DNA of 64,000 bases from Phycisphaerae bacterium (lineage in GTDB: Bacteria; Planctomycetota; Phycisphaerae; Phycisphaerales; SM1A02): positions 15,242-79,241 of the forward strand of contig PBAY01000029.1 of assembly GCA_002717655.1 (NCBI GenBank), written 5' to 3'. The position numbers and the translations under genes were made by a program. The notes under the pieces were generated by a model, which made no database searches, was not told the origin of the DNA, and saw only the letters and a program-made list of their open reading frames with translations. Below are positions 46,189 to 56,502 of this stretch, piece after piece; the stretch's first letter is position 1, and every line of letters begins with the position of its first letter.

Positions 46189-47667
46189 TTGAGCAAAGGA
46201 ATGCACTGGGTGAAGCCGCTTGCTGAACTCTGTAGAGATCTGCCCGTCTCCCTGAGCGGGCCGGATGTCATGATCAACGACATCACGGAAGATACGCGGG
46301 ACGTGTCTGAAGGGTGTCTCTTTGTTGCAAGGCGAGGTCGCAAATTCGATGGTCGCGAACTGGTGCCTCAAGCCATTGCCGCTGGTGCGATCGCAGTACT
46401 GGCGGAATCCGGAGTCGAAATCCCGCGGTTTCCCGTGGTCACCTGTGACTGCCCTGATCAAATCAGCGTGAGTCTGGCGGATCGTCTTCATGGCCAGCCT
46501 GATCTTCCGGTGATTGCCGTGACTGGCACCAATGGCAAGACGACGACCGCCTCATTTCTTCGCCATCTTCTGGGATCCCGGACTGGTCTGATTGGATCCA
46601 TTGAAGTTCATGATGGGAAAGCTGCTCACTCAGCAAGATTGACCACTCCCCGTCCAATCGAGTTGAGAAGGATCATGTCACGCATGAAGGCGAATGGTTG
46701 TCGCCGAGTTGTCATGGAGGCAAGCAGCCACGCCTTGTCCTTGGGCCGAATGCATGGACTTTCGATCGAGGGGGCGATCTTCACCAATCTGTCCGGTGAT
46801 CATCTTGATTTCCATGGCACCATGGGGCGCTATGCAGCCAGCAAGCGATCGCTTTTTGCCGGTCTGAGTGGAAGTTCATTTGCGGTCATCAACATGGATG
46901 ATCCGATTGGCGCTGTCATGAAGGTGGCTACAAGAGCTCAGGTGCTTGAGTGTCGATTGGACTCATCAGGCCATGCCGATGGACGGGTCAGGATTCTGTC
47001 CCGAAGTCAGCAGGGGGTGGATGTCGAGTTGCTTCATGAGGGTCGGCCTCACGTGTTTCATGTCGGGCTACCAGGTGATCACAATGTGATGAATCTCCTG
47101 CAGGCGATGATGGCTGCCAATGCATGCGGTCAATCGATGGCTGAAATGCTCAACTCCATTGAAACACTTCCCTCGCCACGAGGTCGGCTTGAGCGGGTTC
47201 CTTCGGGAATGGATTCTCCCAGTGTCTTCGTCGACTTCGCTCATACCGACGGGGCCTTGTCCAACGCATTGAATGCCCTTCGTCCACTGGTATCCTCCGG
47301 GAATCGCTTGATCGTAGTCTTCGGCTGTGGTGGAGATCGTGACCAGACCAAGCGTCCTCGGATGGGCGCTGTTGCTGCTGCATCGGCTGATCAGGTCGTT
47401 GTCACATCGGACAATCCTCGCACGGAATCACCTCAGTCCATCATCGATGACATTCTGGTTGGTCTGCCTCGGGGGAGTGCGGTACTGGCCGAACCGGATC
47501 GCTCAAAAGCCATTGCGTTGGCGATTCAGAACGCGGTGTCAGGAGATGTCGTGCTGATTGCCGGCAAAGGGCATGAGCAGGATCAGATCATTGGTGAGGA
47601 CCGAATCCCATTTGATGATCGCACGGTCGCCTTGCAGGTCCTTTCAGGTCAGGGCATTCAGGCATGA
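46189..47667 (+). CDS. murE: UDP-N-acetylmuramoyl-L-alanyl-D-glutamate--2,6-diaminopimelate ligase
   Basis: VTGTNGKTTT, SDNPRTESP and the Mur ligase layout. Start is TTG 46189 or ATG 46201. Confidence 0.88.
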   Translation: MSKGMHWVKPLAELCRDLPVSLSGPDVMINDITEDTRDVSEGCLFVARRGRKFDGRELVPQAIAAGAIAVLAESGVEIPRFPVVTCDCPDQISVSLADRLHGQPDLPVIAVTGTNGKTTTASFLRHLLGSRTGLIGSIEVHDGKAAHSARLTTPRPIELRRIMSRMKANGCRRVVMEASSHALSLGRMHGLSIEGAIFTNLSGDHLDFHGTMGRYAASKRSLFAGLSGSSFAVINMDDPIGAVMKVATRAQVLECRLDSSGHADGRVRILSRSQQGVDVELLHEGRPHVFHVGLPGDHNVMNLLQAMMAANACGQSMAEMLNSIETLPSPRGRLERVPSGMDSPSVFVDFAHTDGALSNALNALRPLVSSGNRLIVVFGCGGDRDQTKRPRMGAVAAASADQVVVTSDNPRTESPQSIIDDILVGLPRGSAVLAEPDRSKAIALAIQNAVSGDVVLIAGKGHEQDQIIGEDRIPFDDRTVALQVLSGQGIQA

Positions 47668-49019
47668 TGTTCACCGTCGAGGAATTGGTGCGTGTTACTG
47701 GAGGCGAATGGGCCGGGGCAAAGCCCAGTGATGGTCCGACCAGCATTGGACATGACACCCGCTGTTCGATGCCAGGGGGGATGTATGTCGCGATTGTGGG
47801 TGATCAGCATGATGGTCATGACTTTCTTGATCAGGCTGCTGCTTCCGGAGCCTCCATGGCGATGGTTCAGCGGCCCGTATCGGGGTCGCTGCCTCAGCTG
47901 GTTGTTTCGGACTCGATTATTGCGCTGGGTCAACTGGCCTCGGCCTGGCGTGATGGTCTGAATAAAACAACGGTGATTTCGATCACAGGTACGGCGGGCA
48001 AGACCAGTACCAAGGATCTGATGCAACATGTACTTCAAGGTTCCCTTCGGGGCCAGGCCAGTCCGGCTTCCTGGAACAATGCCATCGGAGGTCCAATGAG
48101 CCTGCTGCAGGCTCGCCGTGATGATGATTACGTCATCCTCGAAGTCGGGACCAGCAGCCCAGGCGAGATTGCCTCCCTTGGCTCGATCATGAGACCTGAT
48201 CTAGCCGTCATCACGCTGGTAGGGCATGGGCACCTCGAAGGGCTCGGGTCATTGGATGGTGTGCGGCATGAGAAGTATTCCCTGCTTGACCACGTAAGAC
48301 CAGACGGGCTGGTGATCGTGCATGACGATGGCCATGAGGCAGCATGTGCGGCACGTATCTTGAGGCATGGCGATCGTGAATCCTCGAATCCTCGGTTGAT
48401 TGCACGTGAAGCTGGCTGCATCACGCTGCAGGATGAATCAACGTTTGAATTCCCCTGGGCGGGGCAACATCATGCTGTCAATGCACTTGCGGTCATCGCC
48501 GTTGCCAGGCATCTGGGTCTTCATGATCGGGCGATCAATGAGGCATTGGCGACCTCCACACCTTCACATTCGCGAGGTTGTGAGAAGATTGCCTGTGGTA
48601 TTCGATTCATAGACGATGCCTACAACGCCAATCCTGATTCGGTCGCAGCTTCTCTGGCATCATTTCCGGAGTTATCGGCAGCAGGCAGGCGAGTGGTCAT
48701 GCTTGGTGACATGCTCGAGCTTGGGCTTGATTCAGATCGACATCATGCGGAACTTGCTTCAAGTATTGATCTTGCCGGAAACCCGGAGTCCATCGATGTC
48801 CTGTTGTTGTTTGGTGAAGCCATGTCATCTCTTCATCTTCAGTTCAAGGATGCGGATTCAGTTCATTACTGGCCTGAGATTGATGATGAGGTGATCACTG
48901 AAGTGGCAGACCTGCTTCATGTCGATGATCTTGTTCTGGTCAAAGGTTCAAGGGGAATGAGGTTGGAGCGCATCATTGAGTATTTTCAACGACGGGAATC
49001 AGAAGCTTCTACGGCCTGA
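47664..49019 (+). CDS. murF: UDP-N-acetylmuramoyl-tripeptide--D-alanyl-D-alanine ligase
   Basis: ITGTAGKTSTK and DDAYNANPDS. ATGA overlap with murE. Confidence 0.88.
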   Translation: MMFTVEELVRVTGGEWAGAKPSDGPTSIGHDTRCSMPGGMYVAIVGDQHDGHDFLDQAAASGASMAMVQRPVSGSLPQLVVSDSIIALGQLASAWRDGLNKTTVISITGTAGKTSTKDLMQHVLQGSLRGQASPASWNNAIGGPMSLLQARRDDDYVILEVGTSSPGEIASLGSIMRPDLAVITLVGHGHLEGLGSLDGVRHEKYSLLDHVRPDGLVIVHDDGHEAACAARILRHGDRESSNPRLIAREAGCITLQDESTFEFPWAGQHHAVNALAVIAVARHLGLHDRAINEALATSTPSHSRGCEKIACGIRFIDDAYNANPDSVAASLASFPELSAAGRRVVMLGDMLELGLDSDRHHAELASSIDLAGNPESIDVLLLFGEAMSSLHLQFKDADSVHYWPEIDDEVITEVADLLHVDDLVLVKGSRGMRLERIIEYFQRRESEASTA

Positions 49020-49038
49020 GTGACGATACCAACTACAC

Positions 49039-50208
49039 ATGTTGTACAACCTTCTCCAATCCTGGCATGACTGGCTTGAATCATTCGGTGGCTATTCGCT
49101 TCTGCAGGTGCTGTACCAGATCGAATTCCGCGCCTTCTTTGCCGTCATCATGTCCTTTACGATCGTGCTGCTCTTCGGGGAGCGGACGATTCGCTGGCTT
49201 CTCAAGCAGAAACTCGGCGATTCCCCCGAGTTCTACAACGCTGATCTCAATGAATTGATGTCGCGCAAGGCCAATGTCCCGACCATGGGTGGGATCCTGA
49301 TCGTGGCGGCCATTCTGGTCACGATCCTACTGCTTGGCGACTTGTTCAACCGTTATATCCTTCTGGCCATCGTCGTTCTGGTCTGGCTGGCCGTTCTCGG
49401 CGGGTTTGATGACTGGCTGAAGCTCACGACGGCTCGACGAAGGCCGGGCGCGCGTGAGGGTCTTTATGCCTGGGAAAAACTCCTGTTTCAGCTTGGTATC
49501 GGCGTGATCTGCGGCATGTATCTCTGGCGATTGACTGGTGACAGTGAATCTGCACGGGCCTTGACGCTGCCATTCCAGCGGACCTACATGCCAGGCACTG
49601 AGGCGTTGGCCCTCGAGCCATCCGTCATCATTCTTGGGTGGCTGCCTTTCGTGATCATCACGATGCTCTGGATTTCAGGTACTTCCAATGCTGTCAATAT
49701 CACGGATGGAATGGATGGGCTTGTATCCGGTCTGGTACTTATCGCTTCGCTTGCCTTGATGCTGCTTGCCTATATCGCGGGCAGTTCGGGAAGGGCGCAG
49801 TACATGCTGTTCCCATTTGTGGAAGGAACTGAAGAGTTGATGGTTGTCGCGGGAGCGATGGCTGGTGCAGTTCTTGGATTTCTCTGGTTCAACTGTTCCC
49901 CGGCGCGGGTTTTCATGGGGGACACTGGCTCACTGCCGCTGGGTGGACTTTTGGCTTATCTGGCCTGCGCCATCCGTCAGGAAGCATTGCTGCTGGTCAT
50001 TGGGGGAGTGTTCTACTGGGAGCTGCTCAGCGTGATGATGCAGGTTGGATACTTCAAGCTGACTGGGGGCAAGCGAATCTTTCGCTGTTCTCCAATTCAT
50101 CATCACTTCCACCTCGGTGGCTGGTCGGAGTCGCAGGTCGTGGCCAGATTCTGGATTCTGGGTGTCGTCTGTGTCGTGATCGCAGCTGTTCTGCTCAAGC
50201 TTCGTTGA
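49039..50208 (+). CDS. mraY: phospho-N-acetylmuramoyl-pentapeptide transferase
   Basis: Polytopic protein with NAVNITDGMDGL, MGDTGSLPLGG and PIHHHF. Confidence 0.9.
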   Translation: MLYNLLQSWHDWLESFGGYSLLQVLYQIEFRAFFAVIMSFTIVLLFGERTIRWLLKQKLGDSPEFYNADLNELMSRKANVPTMGGILIVAAILVTILLLGDLFNRYILLAIVVLVWLAVLGGFDDWLKLTTARRRPGAREGLYAWEKLLFQLGIGVICGMYLWRLTGDSESARALTLPFQRTYMPGTEALALEPSVIILGWLPFVIITMLWISGTSNAVNITDGMDGLVSGLVLIASLALMLLAYIAGSSGRAQYMLFPFVEGTEELMVVAGAMAGAVLGFLWFNCSPARVFMGDTGSLPLGGLLAYLACAIRQEALLLVIGGVFYWELLSVMMQVGYFKLTGGKRIFRCSPIHHHFHLGGWSESQVVARFWILGVVCVVIAAVLLKLR

Positions 50209-51358
50209 GCATGTATTCCACATCCAGCTCAGTGCCGGGAACCTTTGGTCTGGCAACGAATTGATGCTTTCTCAGCAGCTTCACCAGTCTCCGCATGTCC
50301 TCTGGCAATGGTGCGGTATAGGTCACGTCCTGTTCATCGCCTGGATGCTTGAAGCCCAGCAATCCCGCATGAAGGGCCTGCCTTCCAAGGATGAGGCTGC
50401 CAGCATTGAATTCCGGATCAGCTCCGGGGCTGAAGATGTCACGGCCATGAAGATGACGGCCGCCGTAGTAATCGTCTCCTGCAATCGGCCAGCCGAGATG
50501 TGACAGGTGCACACGTATCTGGTGAGTGCGACCGGTACGAAGTTCAAGTTCCACCAGTGTGAATTTCTCGTACTGTTCACGGACCCGGTACAGCGTGACC
50601 GCTTCCTTCCCGGCGTCATCCCATCGGACGGCATAGTGATCACGGATGGCAGGATGCTTGCCCAGGGGGACGTCGATCACATCGGTATACGGTTCAACCT
50701 TTCCGTGGACAACTGCGAGATATCGCTTTCTTGTTCTTCGTTGTTCAAACTGCCTGCCAAGCCTCCAATGCGCCACATCTGATTTGGCGAAGACCATGAC
50801 TCCTGTCGTGTGCCGGTCAAGGCGATGGACGACGCCAGGTCTTGCCTCATCACGTCCAACATCAGAGAGATCGCCTGAGGATCGATTGCTGCAATGCCAG
50901 GCCAGTCCGTTCACCAGCGTTCCTCGCTGGTTCCCTCGTGCAGGGTGAACGATCACATCATCATGCTTGTTGAGTACGAGAATGTGTCGGTCTTCATGGA
51001 TGATGTTGAGGTCCATCTCATCCGCAGGAAGCTCGGAGCTGGGTGGAGGAGGGATCGCAACCTGAACATGGTCTCCCAGTCGCAGTCGAGTGGATGCCTT
51101 GGGAGTGCGATCGTTGACCAGAACGGCATTTTCCGAGATCAGTCGTTGCAGAGACGTACGGCTGAGAAACGGCACACGATCAACGAGGTATCGATCAAGT
51201 CTCTTGTTGAGATCCCGTGTCAGTTTGAAATGAACAACGATCGCGCCGTCATCATCCTGAAGCGATTCGTAGAGTTCGTGAAGCCTGGCAGGATCAACCT
51301 TGCCTCCGGCGTTCAAGAGGGCCTCATCGCCCTGATCTGGCTGCTCTGGAGCCGCCAT
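50195..51358 (-). CDS. rluD: RluA/RluD-family 23S rRNA pseudouridine synthase
   Basis: S4-like N-terminal domain and the catalytic motif VHRLDRHTTGVMVFAKS. Convergent 14-nt overlap with mraY. Confidence 0.85.
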   Translation of the reverse strand: MAAPEQPDQGDEALLNAGGKVDPARLHELYESLQDDDGAIVVHFKLTRDLNKRLDRYLVDRVPFLSRTSLQRLISENAVLVNDRTPKASTRLRLGDHVQVAIPPPPSSELPADEMDLNIIHEDRHILVLNKHDDVIVHPARGNQRGTLVNGLAWHCSNRSSGDLSDVGRDEARPGVVHRLDRHTTGVMVFAKSDVAHWRLGRQFEQRRTRKRYLAVVHGKVEPYTDVIDVPLGKHPAIRDHYAVRWDDAGKEAVTLYRVREQYEKFTLVELELRTGRTHQIRVHLSHLGWPIAGDDYYGGRHLHGRDIFSPGADPEFNAGSLILGRQALHAGLLGFKHPGDEQDVTYTAPLPEDMRRLVKLLRKHQFVARPKVPGTELDVEYMLNEA

Positions 51359-51369
51359 GCTTCAACCGA

Positions 51370-52161
51370 TCAAGGGTTTTCGGCAGGGGGTGTTTCGCTG
51401 CCTTCATCCGCTGCTGGCGTTTCACTGCCTGGTGTTGGAAGATTCAAGATGTTGTCGACATCGAGGGGGCTTTCCAGGCCTGTGGGCGGAGCCAGCTCAG
51501 GCGGGAGTGAAGCGGCTGGTGGAAGAGGCAGCTCAATGTCTTCCGAGAATTGGTCGGCATTGGCGGCTCGGGTTCGTGCCACATCAGCCAGCGCTGGGTA
51601 GTAGGGCTCTGCTCGAGCAGCGGCTTTTTCGAAATAGCTCTTGGCTTGTTCGACATCGCCTCTGGACTCGGCAATGGCAGCAAGGCCGTTGAGTGCTGAG
51701 ACGGTCGTGATCACGGTGCCGATCTGTCCGTCATCGCGTTGGACGATCTGCTCATAGAGTCGCTGGGCATTGTCCAGATTTGCGGCTCGCTCCTCATCGG
51801 TGAGGGTCGTGCCTTCTTCGATATTTGAGCCAACCGCGAGATTGGTCTGCAGGGAAAGCATGTAGGTGTTGGCAGCCTTGAGCCGGGCGAGTGTGCCAAG
51901 CCCGTCAATCTCTGCATGGCGCTGGGCAACATCTTCCAGCGAAGATGGCATCCCGGCTTCCTGGTATTCAAACCAGCCTTGCTCACGTGCCTGAAGTTCT
52001 GCCCGCTGAAGGTTGATCAGATACAGGTAGACAGCAATACCCACGAGTACCGCAAGCAGATACCAGGGGCCACTGTTCTTCAGCCAAAGAATGAAATCTT
52101 CATTGACGCGGCTCTCAGAGAGATCCGATTGCTGAACCTGTTGCAGACGTTCACGATCCAT
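51370..52161 (-). CDS. membrane-anchored TPR-like protein (YfgM-like architecture) with a Pro-rich tail
   Basis: Single TM WYLLAVLVGIAVYLYLI, then a helical repeat region, then LPLPPAASLPPELAPPTG. Confidence 0.55.
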   Translation of the reverse strand: MDRERLQQVQQSDLSESRVNEDFILWLKNSGPWYLLAVLVGIAVYLYLINLQRAELQAREQGWFEYQEAGMPSSLEDVAQRHAEIDGLGTLARLKAANTYMLSLQTNLAVGSNIEEGTTLTDEERAANLDNAQRLYEQIVQRDDGQIGTVITTVSALNGLAAIAESRGDVEQAKSYFEKAAARAEPYYPALADVARTRAANADQFSEDIELPLPPAASLPPELAPPTGLESPLDVDNILNLPTPGSETPAADEGSETPPAENP

Positions 52162-52298
52162 GGGGGTGACTCCGGTGGCAACTGCTGCAAAGAGGCAGCA
52201 GGGGATGCGAATCCGGCATGGTATCGGAGCTTCGTTACTCGGGCAATGAAAGAAGGCCCGGAACAGCCATAGGGGCGTCTTGAGCCTTGATATCGGTC

Positions 52299-53273
52299 TT
52301 AATCGTTCGGGAAACGATCAACAGCAATCTCCAGCTGGTCACGGCAGGCCTTCAGGTAGCGAGGGTGTCCCTCGCTCTTCATGAACGCAGGAGCAGTAGC
52401 CGCCATCAATGCTCTTCTGATTGCTGCCAGATCCTCGTATTTGGACTCTGTTGGCAGGCCCAGTCTTCTGCGGGATTCCGCCATGGTGGCAACAGGTCGA
52501 GCATCTTCCAGCCTTTCCGGACGTGCCCAGAGTCTTCTTTCGAGGAAGACCGCATCCTCGACCCAGTGGCCGGGCCTGATTTCTGCAAGATCGATCAGCG
52601 TGACTTCGCCCTGTTCGGCTCCAACCCGGCTCAGCGCATTGGCAAGGTGGAGGTCGCCATGGATCCAATGGTCGGTTTCGCGGGAACGCCAGGTCTCAAC
52701 CATGGATGGCAACGCGCTCTTGAGCTTCTGAAGCAGCGTGATCCAGTGCTCCTCCTGATCGATGTGGTTGCGGCTGATGCTTTCAAGGGATGATTCAAGC
52801 AGCTGCTTCCAATCTTCACGGCGAGCCATTTCACTCTCGACTGGGAAGAGATCGGCGGCCTTGTGCAGGCGGGTCGCCGCATCGACCGTCCGTCGAACAT
52901 GGTCCTTGTGCCATCTTTTGCCCAGTGGTCCATACGGCAGCCACTCGATGACGATCCAGGCAAGGTCATAGGATTCAAGGCTGCTGCCGGAAGCGTAGAG
53001 GTGAGGAACGACTGGTGGCTGCGTGTCTCCAGGCTGTTGCAATCTTCGCATCCAGAGCAGTTCTCTGGCGCGGATCGGGAACTTGACCATCACCTTACGT
53101 TCTTCACCACTCTCGGTTTTCCAGACGGCGCGGCCGGTTGCAGCCCCGCCTCGTTGCCAATCGGTACGGAACCAATTGACGTCCCCAAGATGTCCATTGC
53201 AGGCTCGATAGAGGTGCGGAAGGAGTGTGTCCGCCAACTGGCGGGTACCAGGTCCACTGGGTACCAACGTCAT
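52299..53273 (-). CDS. aminoglycoside/choline-kinase-like phosphotransferase (APH family)
   Basis: The VMVKF lysine strand, the catalytic loop HGDLHLANAL and the metal-binding LIDLAE. Confidence 0.7.
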   Translation of the reverse strand: MTLVPSGPGTRQLADTLLPHLYRACNGHLGDVNWFRTDWQRGGAATGRAVWKTESGEERKVMVKFPIRARELLWMRRLQQPGDTQPPVVPHLYASGSSLESYDLAWIVIEWLPYGPLGKRWHKDHVRRTVDAATRLHKAADLFPVESEMARREDWKQLLESSLESISRNHIDQEEHWITLLQKLKSALPSMVETWRSRETDHWIHGDLHLANALSRVGAEQGEVTLIDLAEIRPGHWVEDAVFLERRLWARPERLEDARPVATMAESRRRLGLPTESKYEDLAAIRRALMAATAPAFMKSEGHPRYLKACRDQLEIAVDRFPND

Positions 53274-53389
53274 TTGATGTCGCTCGCAATCACCAGCTGG
53301 AGCGTAACAGGCTCACAGAGAATTGCAATGATGGTGGAAGATCTCTGCAGGGCTTGCCCCGGCTGAGCTCAGGGCGTAGGGTCATCTCG

Positions 53390-54250
53390 ATGAATGAGCC
53401 TCCAGAACTCCTGATCATCGATCTTGATGGCACCCTTCTGGGTTCACAAGGGCGTGTTTCGGCAGCCAATCAAGAGGCCATTCAGGATGCCCGAGCCTCA
53501 GGAATTCAGGTCATGATCGCGACTGGTCGCATTCATGCGGAATGTCGCTCGATTCTCGAATCAATTGAATATGAGGGCCCGTTGGTCATTGCCAGTGGGG
53601 CGGCTTTGGTGGACTGGCCCGATGGTCGAATGTTGTCTGCTGAGTATCTTCCTGCTCAACAGGTTGGGATCGTGATGGAAGTCATGATGGCTCATGGAGG
53701 AGCACCATTGGCCTTGATGGATGCCAGCTGCTCGGGTTATGACTATCTGGTGCTGAATCAAGCCAGAATTCACCCCGTGTCACACTGGTGGTTTGATTCG
53801 CATGGCATCGAGCCTGAGTATGCCGATTCCTTTGATGGCCATCAGCACCGAGATTCGGTTCTCCGTGTGGCATGTCTGGGTGAGCCAGAGGTGATGGCCA
53901 GTGCTGCTCAGGATCTGAAAGATCGAATCGGCGATTCCTTGAACTGGAGACATTGGCCGGCGGTTGGGCCAGAAGATGAAGTGATCCACATGCTTGAGGT
54001 CTTTGGTCCGGGTGTCGACAAGTGGGCCATGATCGAGTGCTACTGTCGTGAAAATGGAATTGCTCCGGAGCGAGTTGCGGCCATTGGTGACGGCTTGAAC
54101 GATATTGAGATGCTGACAGGTGCCGGCTTTGGAATCGCAGTGGCGAATGCGGATGAGTCGGTGCTTGCCATTGCGGATGCCAGAACGGCAAGCCATCTGG
54201 ACGATGGAGTCGCTCACGCAGTCGCGAGATTATTGAAAGGTTGGGCGTGA
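53390..54250 (+). CDS. Cof-type HAD-IIB phosphatase
   Basis: LLIIDLDGTLL, IATGR and AIGDGLNDIEML. Confidence 0.85.
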   Translation: MNEPPELLIIDLDGTLLGSQGRVSAANQEAIQDARASGIQVMIATGRIHAECRSILESIEYEGPLVIASGAALVDWPDGRMLSAEYLPAQQVGIVMEVMMAHGGAPLALMDASCSGYDYLVLNQARIHPVSHWWFDSHGIEPEYADSFDGHQHRDSVLRVACLGEPEVMASAAQDLKDRIGDSLNWRHWPAVGPEDEVIHMLEVFGPGVDKWAMIECYCRENGIAPERVAAIGDGLNDIEMLTGAGFGIAVANADESVLAIADARTASHLDDGVAHAVARLLKGWA

Positions 54251-56499
54251 CACCGCCAGCTTCCCAACATGAACACCCATTGTGGCGGCACACCGGCTCC
54301 GCCATCCTCTCGGCATCGGAAGCGATCCTCAAGGCATCTCTTGAGGTGCTCCCAAATGTTCAGCGAGTCATCTACGTGGCATCTCAGGCAACAGCCGACC
54401 TTGATCAGATCAAATCCGATCCGGAAACGGCTGAACTGCTTCGAATGCACAGGCTTCAGCTTGAACGTGTCGCCGACGCGAGTAGAGCCATGCTTCTTGC
54501 AAGCTGGGCTGCTCGTCAAGGAGAGCATGTCGTTGCCATCCTCACCGGTCCGACCCTGGCAGGTGCCATCGAATTGATTGAATCCTCCACCCGTCCCTTG
54601 TCATCAGGTGGAGCGTTGGCGTTGGTCGTTGAAGATCTGGGCCTGAATCGGGCGGCCATGGATATTCGTGGTCGGATGGCGAGGCAGGACATACCCGTTC
54701 TTGAAGCGCACGATGTCCCGCATTTGAGGGATTCAATCGAGAATGGCCTGCGGATCAGCAGCTCATACAAAGGTATTGCCGGAATTGTTGTTGATCGCAG
54801 CATCCTTCGTTGCAGTGAGACCGTCCATCTTCGTCCGAATCGTGGAGATCAGATGGATGCGGATGATCCTCTGCGCAGCCGCCGCCGCAGGCGTCCCAGG
54901 TGGAAGGAGTCGGGTGGTCCTCTTCGAATGACCCGTCGACTGGAGCTCAATGCATGGCGGTCCATGCCATCGCCCGGTGAAGCTGTTTCCTGGGGATTCA
55001 TCACGGTAGGGCCAGCTGACAGGATTCTTCAGCATCTGGCGAGTATTCTCGGCATCACCGGTCGTCTTCCGGTGCTTCAGTTGGGTGTTCTTCATCCATT
55101 GGACCATGCAGCGGTGGGCCGCATTCTGAAGCGATGTCGCAATGTCATCATTCTTGAGCCTCGACCGGGGACTGTTGAGGATGGCATTCGGAGAATCTCC
55201 GAGAAGATTCGAATCGAAGGTGGAAATCCGGCGTTGATCTGGGGTCAGCAGTTGCCTCCTGATGATGAGGGCCATGCTTATGTCCTTGAAGGTCGAGAGA
55301 CACTCCATCCATCAAGCCTGATGCGAAGACTGCTTCACGTTCTTCGTGAGGTCGTCGGCAGTCAGGTTCTCCATGCGGATCTGCAGGCAGATCCAGAAGC
55401 ATTGCCCGTTCCTGTTTTGAAAGATCGGTTCGGTGCGGCGGGCCAGCATGAAGCGGTCCGTCGGCTTGCACAATCTCTGCCTGAATTACTTGAGTCACCT
55501 CAAGATGATGAGCCGGCGGATGAATCGGTTGAAGAAGAAGACGTACCTTCAACGGATCAGACGCCTGTCAGGCTGTGCATTGATGGTGAAGTTCATGGTC
55601 CTCAGGATGGCCGCCCAGTCTATGTCGAGACCTTCTCGGGCCCGGGGTTCCTGCGGCATGGATCCTCGGCCGTCAGGCAGGCAGCTGAATCCTCCGACAC
55701 GTGGATCTTTCTTGTCGCACAACCTCATGGTTCAACTCGCCCAGATCTCGAACGGCAGGCGCGTGCTGCAATACCAGCTTCACGAAGTGAGCATGTTCAG
55801 ATTCGTCGAGGCACTCTGGCCGAGACCAGTCGTCTCCGTCGCATGATCCGAGAAGCGGTTCAGGAGCGGGGACTGGTCGTGCTCATCATCGATGATGGTC
55901 CGCCGGTTCGCTTTGATGTGGGCGTCATTGAAAAGGAGCTTTCGGATATCGATGCGTTGGGATTCCAACCGGTTCAGCGCATCGTGTGGCCTGCTGATCG
56001 TGCCTGTGTCATCCGTCAGCCACCCATGCTTGCTGAACGTGAAGTTGAAGCAGTGCGGCATGCGGCCGCACTGGAGACGAGATCAAGCCGAGAAGATGTT
56101 CAGTTGAGATGGCCCCCTCGACTCGGGGGTCGTATTCGTCTTCTTGTTGAACAGGTTGAAGTTCACCGGAATCGCCCACCTATTCGTGAGCTGTCTGGCA
56201 ACTCCGGTGGACTGCAGGTGCCCACACCTGTTCATGCCGAGTCCGCATCATGGTCGGTTCATCTTGCTGGTCTCCGCGGCCCTTCCGTTGGGCTTGCGGC
56301 AAGAGCGTTGATGCTTGCTGGTTCTGCCATGAATTACCACGTGCAGGCCAGATCAGTTCCTACTCCGATCGGTGCGGGTCGTCGTGCCTGGTCACAGATC
56401 TCATTCAGTCGACCGCGTTCTGACGCTGAGGCGAGTCGTATCTCGCCAGTCATACCCTGGGGTGAAGCAGATCTTCTACTTGGGCTGGATCGTGTGTAG
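54241..56499 (+). CDS. indolepyruvate:ferredoxin oxidoreductase-family homologue, N-terminal 752 codons (ends at an in-frame TAG; possible pseudogene or pseudoenzyme)
   Basis: Colinear resemblance to the long IOR family (GGALALVVEDLG, IPVLEAHDVPHLRDSIENGLRISSSYKGIAGIVV, ...GEADLLLGLDRV). The TPP GDG..NN and Gly-loop positions are not conserved. TTG/GTG start overlaps the HAD stop. Confidence 0.55.
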   Translation: MGVTPPASQHEHPLWRHTGSAILSASEAILKASLEVLPNVQRVIYVASQATADLDQIKSDPETAELLRMHRLQLERVADASRAMLLASWAARQGEHVVAILTGPTLAGAIELIESSTRPLSSGGALALVVEDLGLNRAAMDIRGRMARQDIPVLEAHDVPHLRDSIENGLRISSSYKGIAGIVVDRSILRCSETVHLRPNRGDQMDADDPLRSRRRRRPRWKESGGPLRMTRRLELNAWRSMPSPGEAVSWGFITVGPADRILQHLASILGITGRLPVLQLGVLHPLDHAAVGRILKRCRNVIILEPRPGTVEDGIRRISEKIRIEGGNPALIWGQQLPPDDEGHAYVLEGRETLHPSSLMRRLLHVLREVVGSQVLHADLQADPEALPVPVLKDRFGAAGQHEAVRRLAQSLPELLESPQDDEPADESVEEEDVPSTDQTPVRLCIDGEVHGPQDGRPVYVETFSGPGFLRHGSSAVRQAAESSDTWIFLVAQPHGSTRPDLERQARAAIPASRSEHVQIRRGTLAETSRLRRMIREAVQERGLVVLIIDDGPPVRFDVGVIEKELSDIDALGFQPVQRIVWPADRACVIRQPPMLAEREVEAVRHAAALETRSSREDVQLRWPPRLGGRIRLLVEQVEVHRNRPPIRELSGNSGGLQVPTPVHAESASWSVHLAGLRGPSVGLAARALMLAGSAMNYHVQARSVPTPIGAGRRAWSQISFSRPRSDAEASRISPVIPWGEADLLLGLDRV

Positions 56500-56502
56500 G
56501 CG

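Noticed and set aside
52175-52194. A 7-bp hairpin CTGCTGC-AAAGAG-GCAGCAG between the APH-like kinase gene and the TPR-like gene.
   Set aside because: No U-tract follows on the transcribed (minus) strand, and the stem is short. Insufficient to call a terminator or regulatory element.
56497-56499. The in-frame TAG in the IOR-like gene as a pyrrolysine codon.
   Set aside because: No pylT/pylS/pylBCD genes are in the window, and Pyl decoding is not expected in this kind of bacterium. Pseudogene, split gene, readthrough or sequencing error are more parsimonious. It remains untestable from this window alone.
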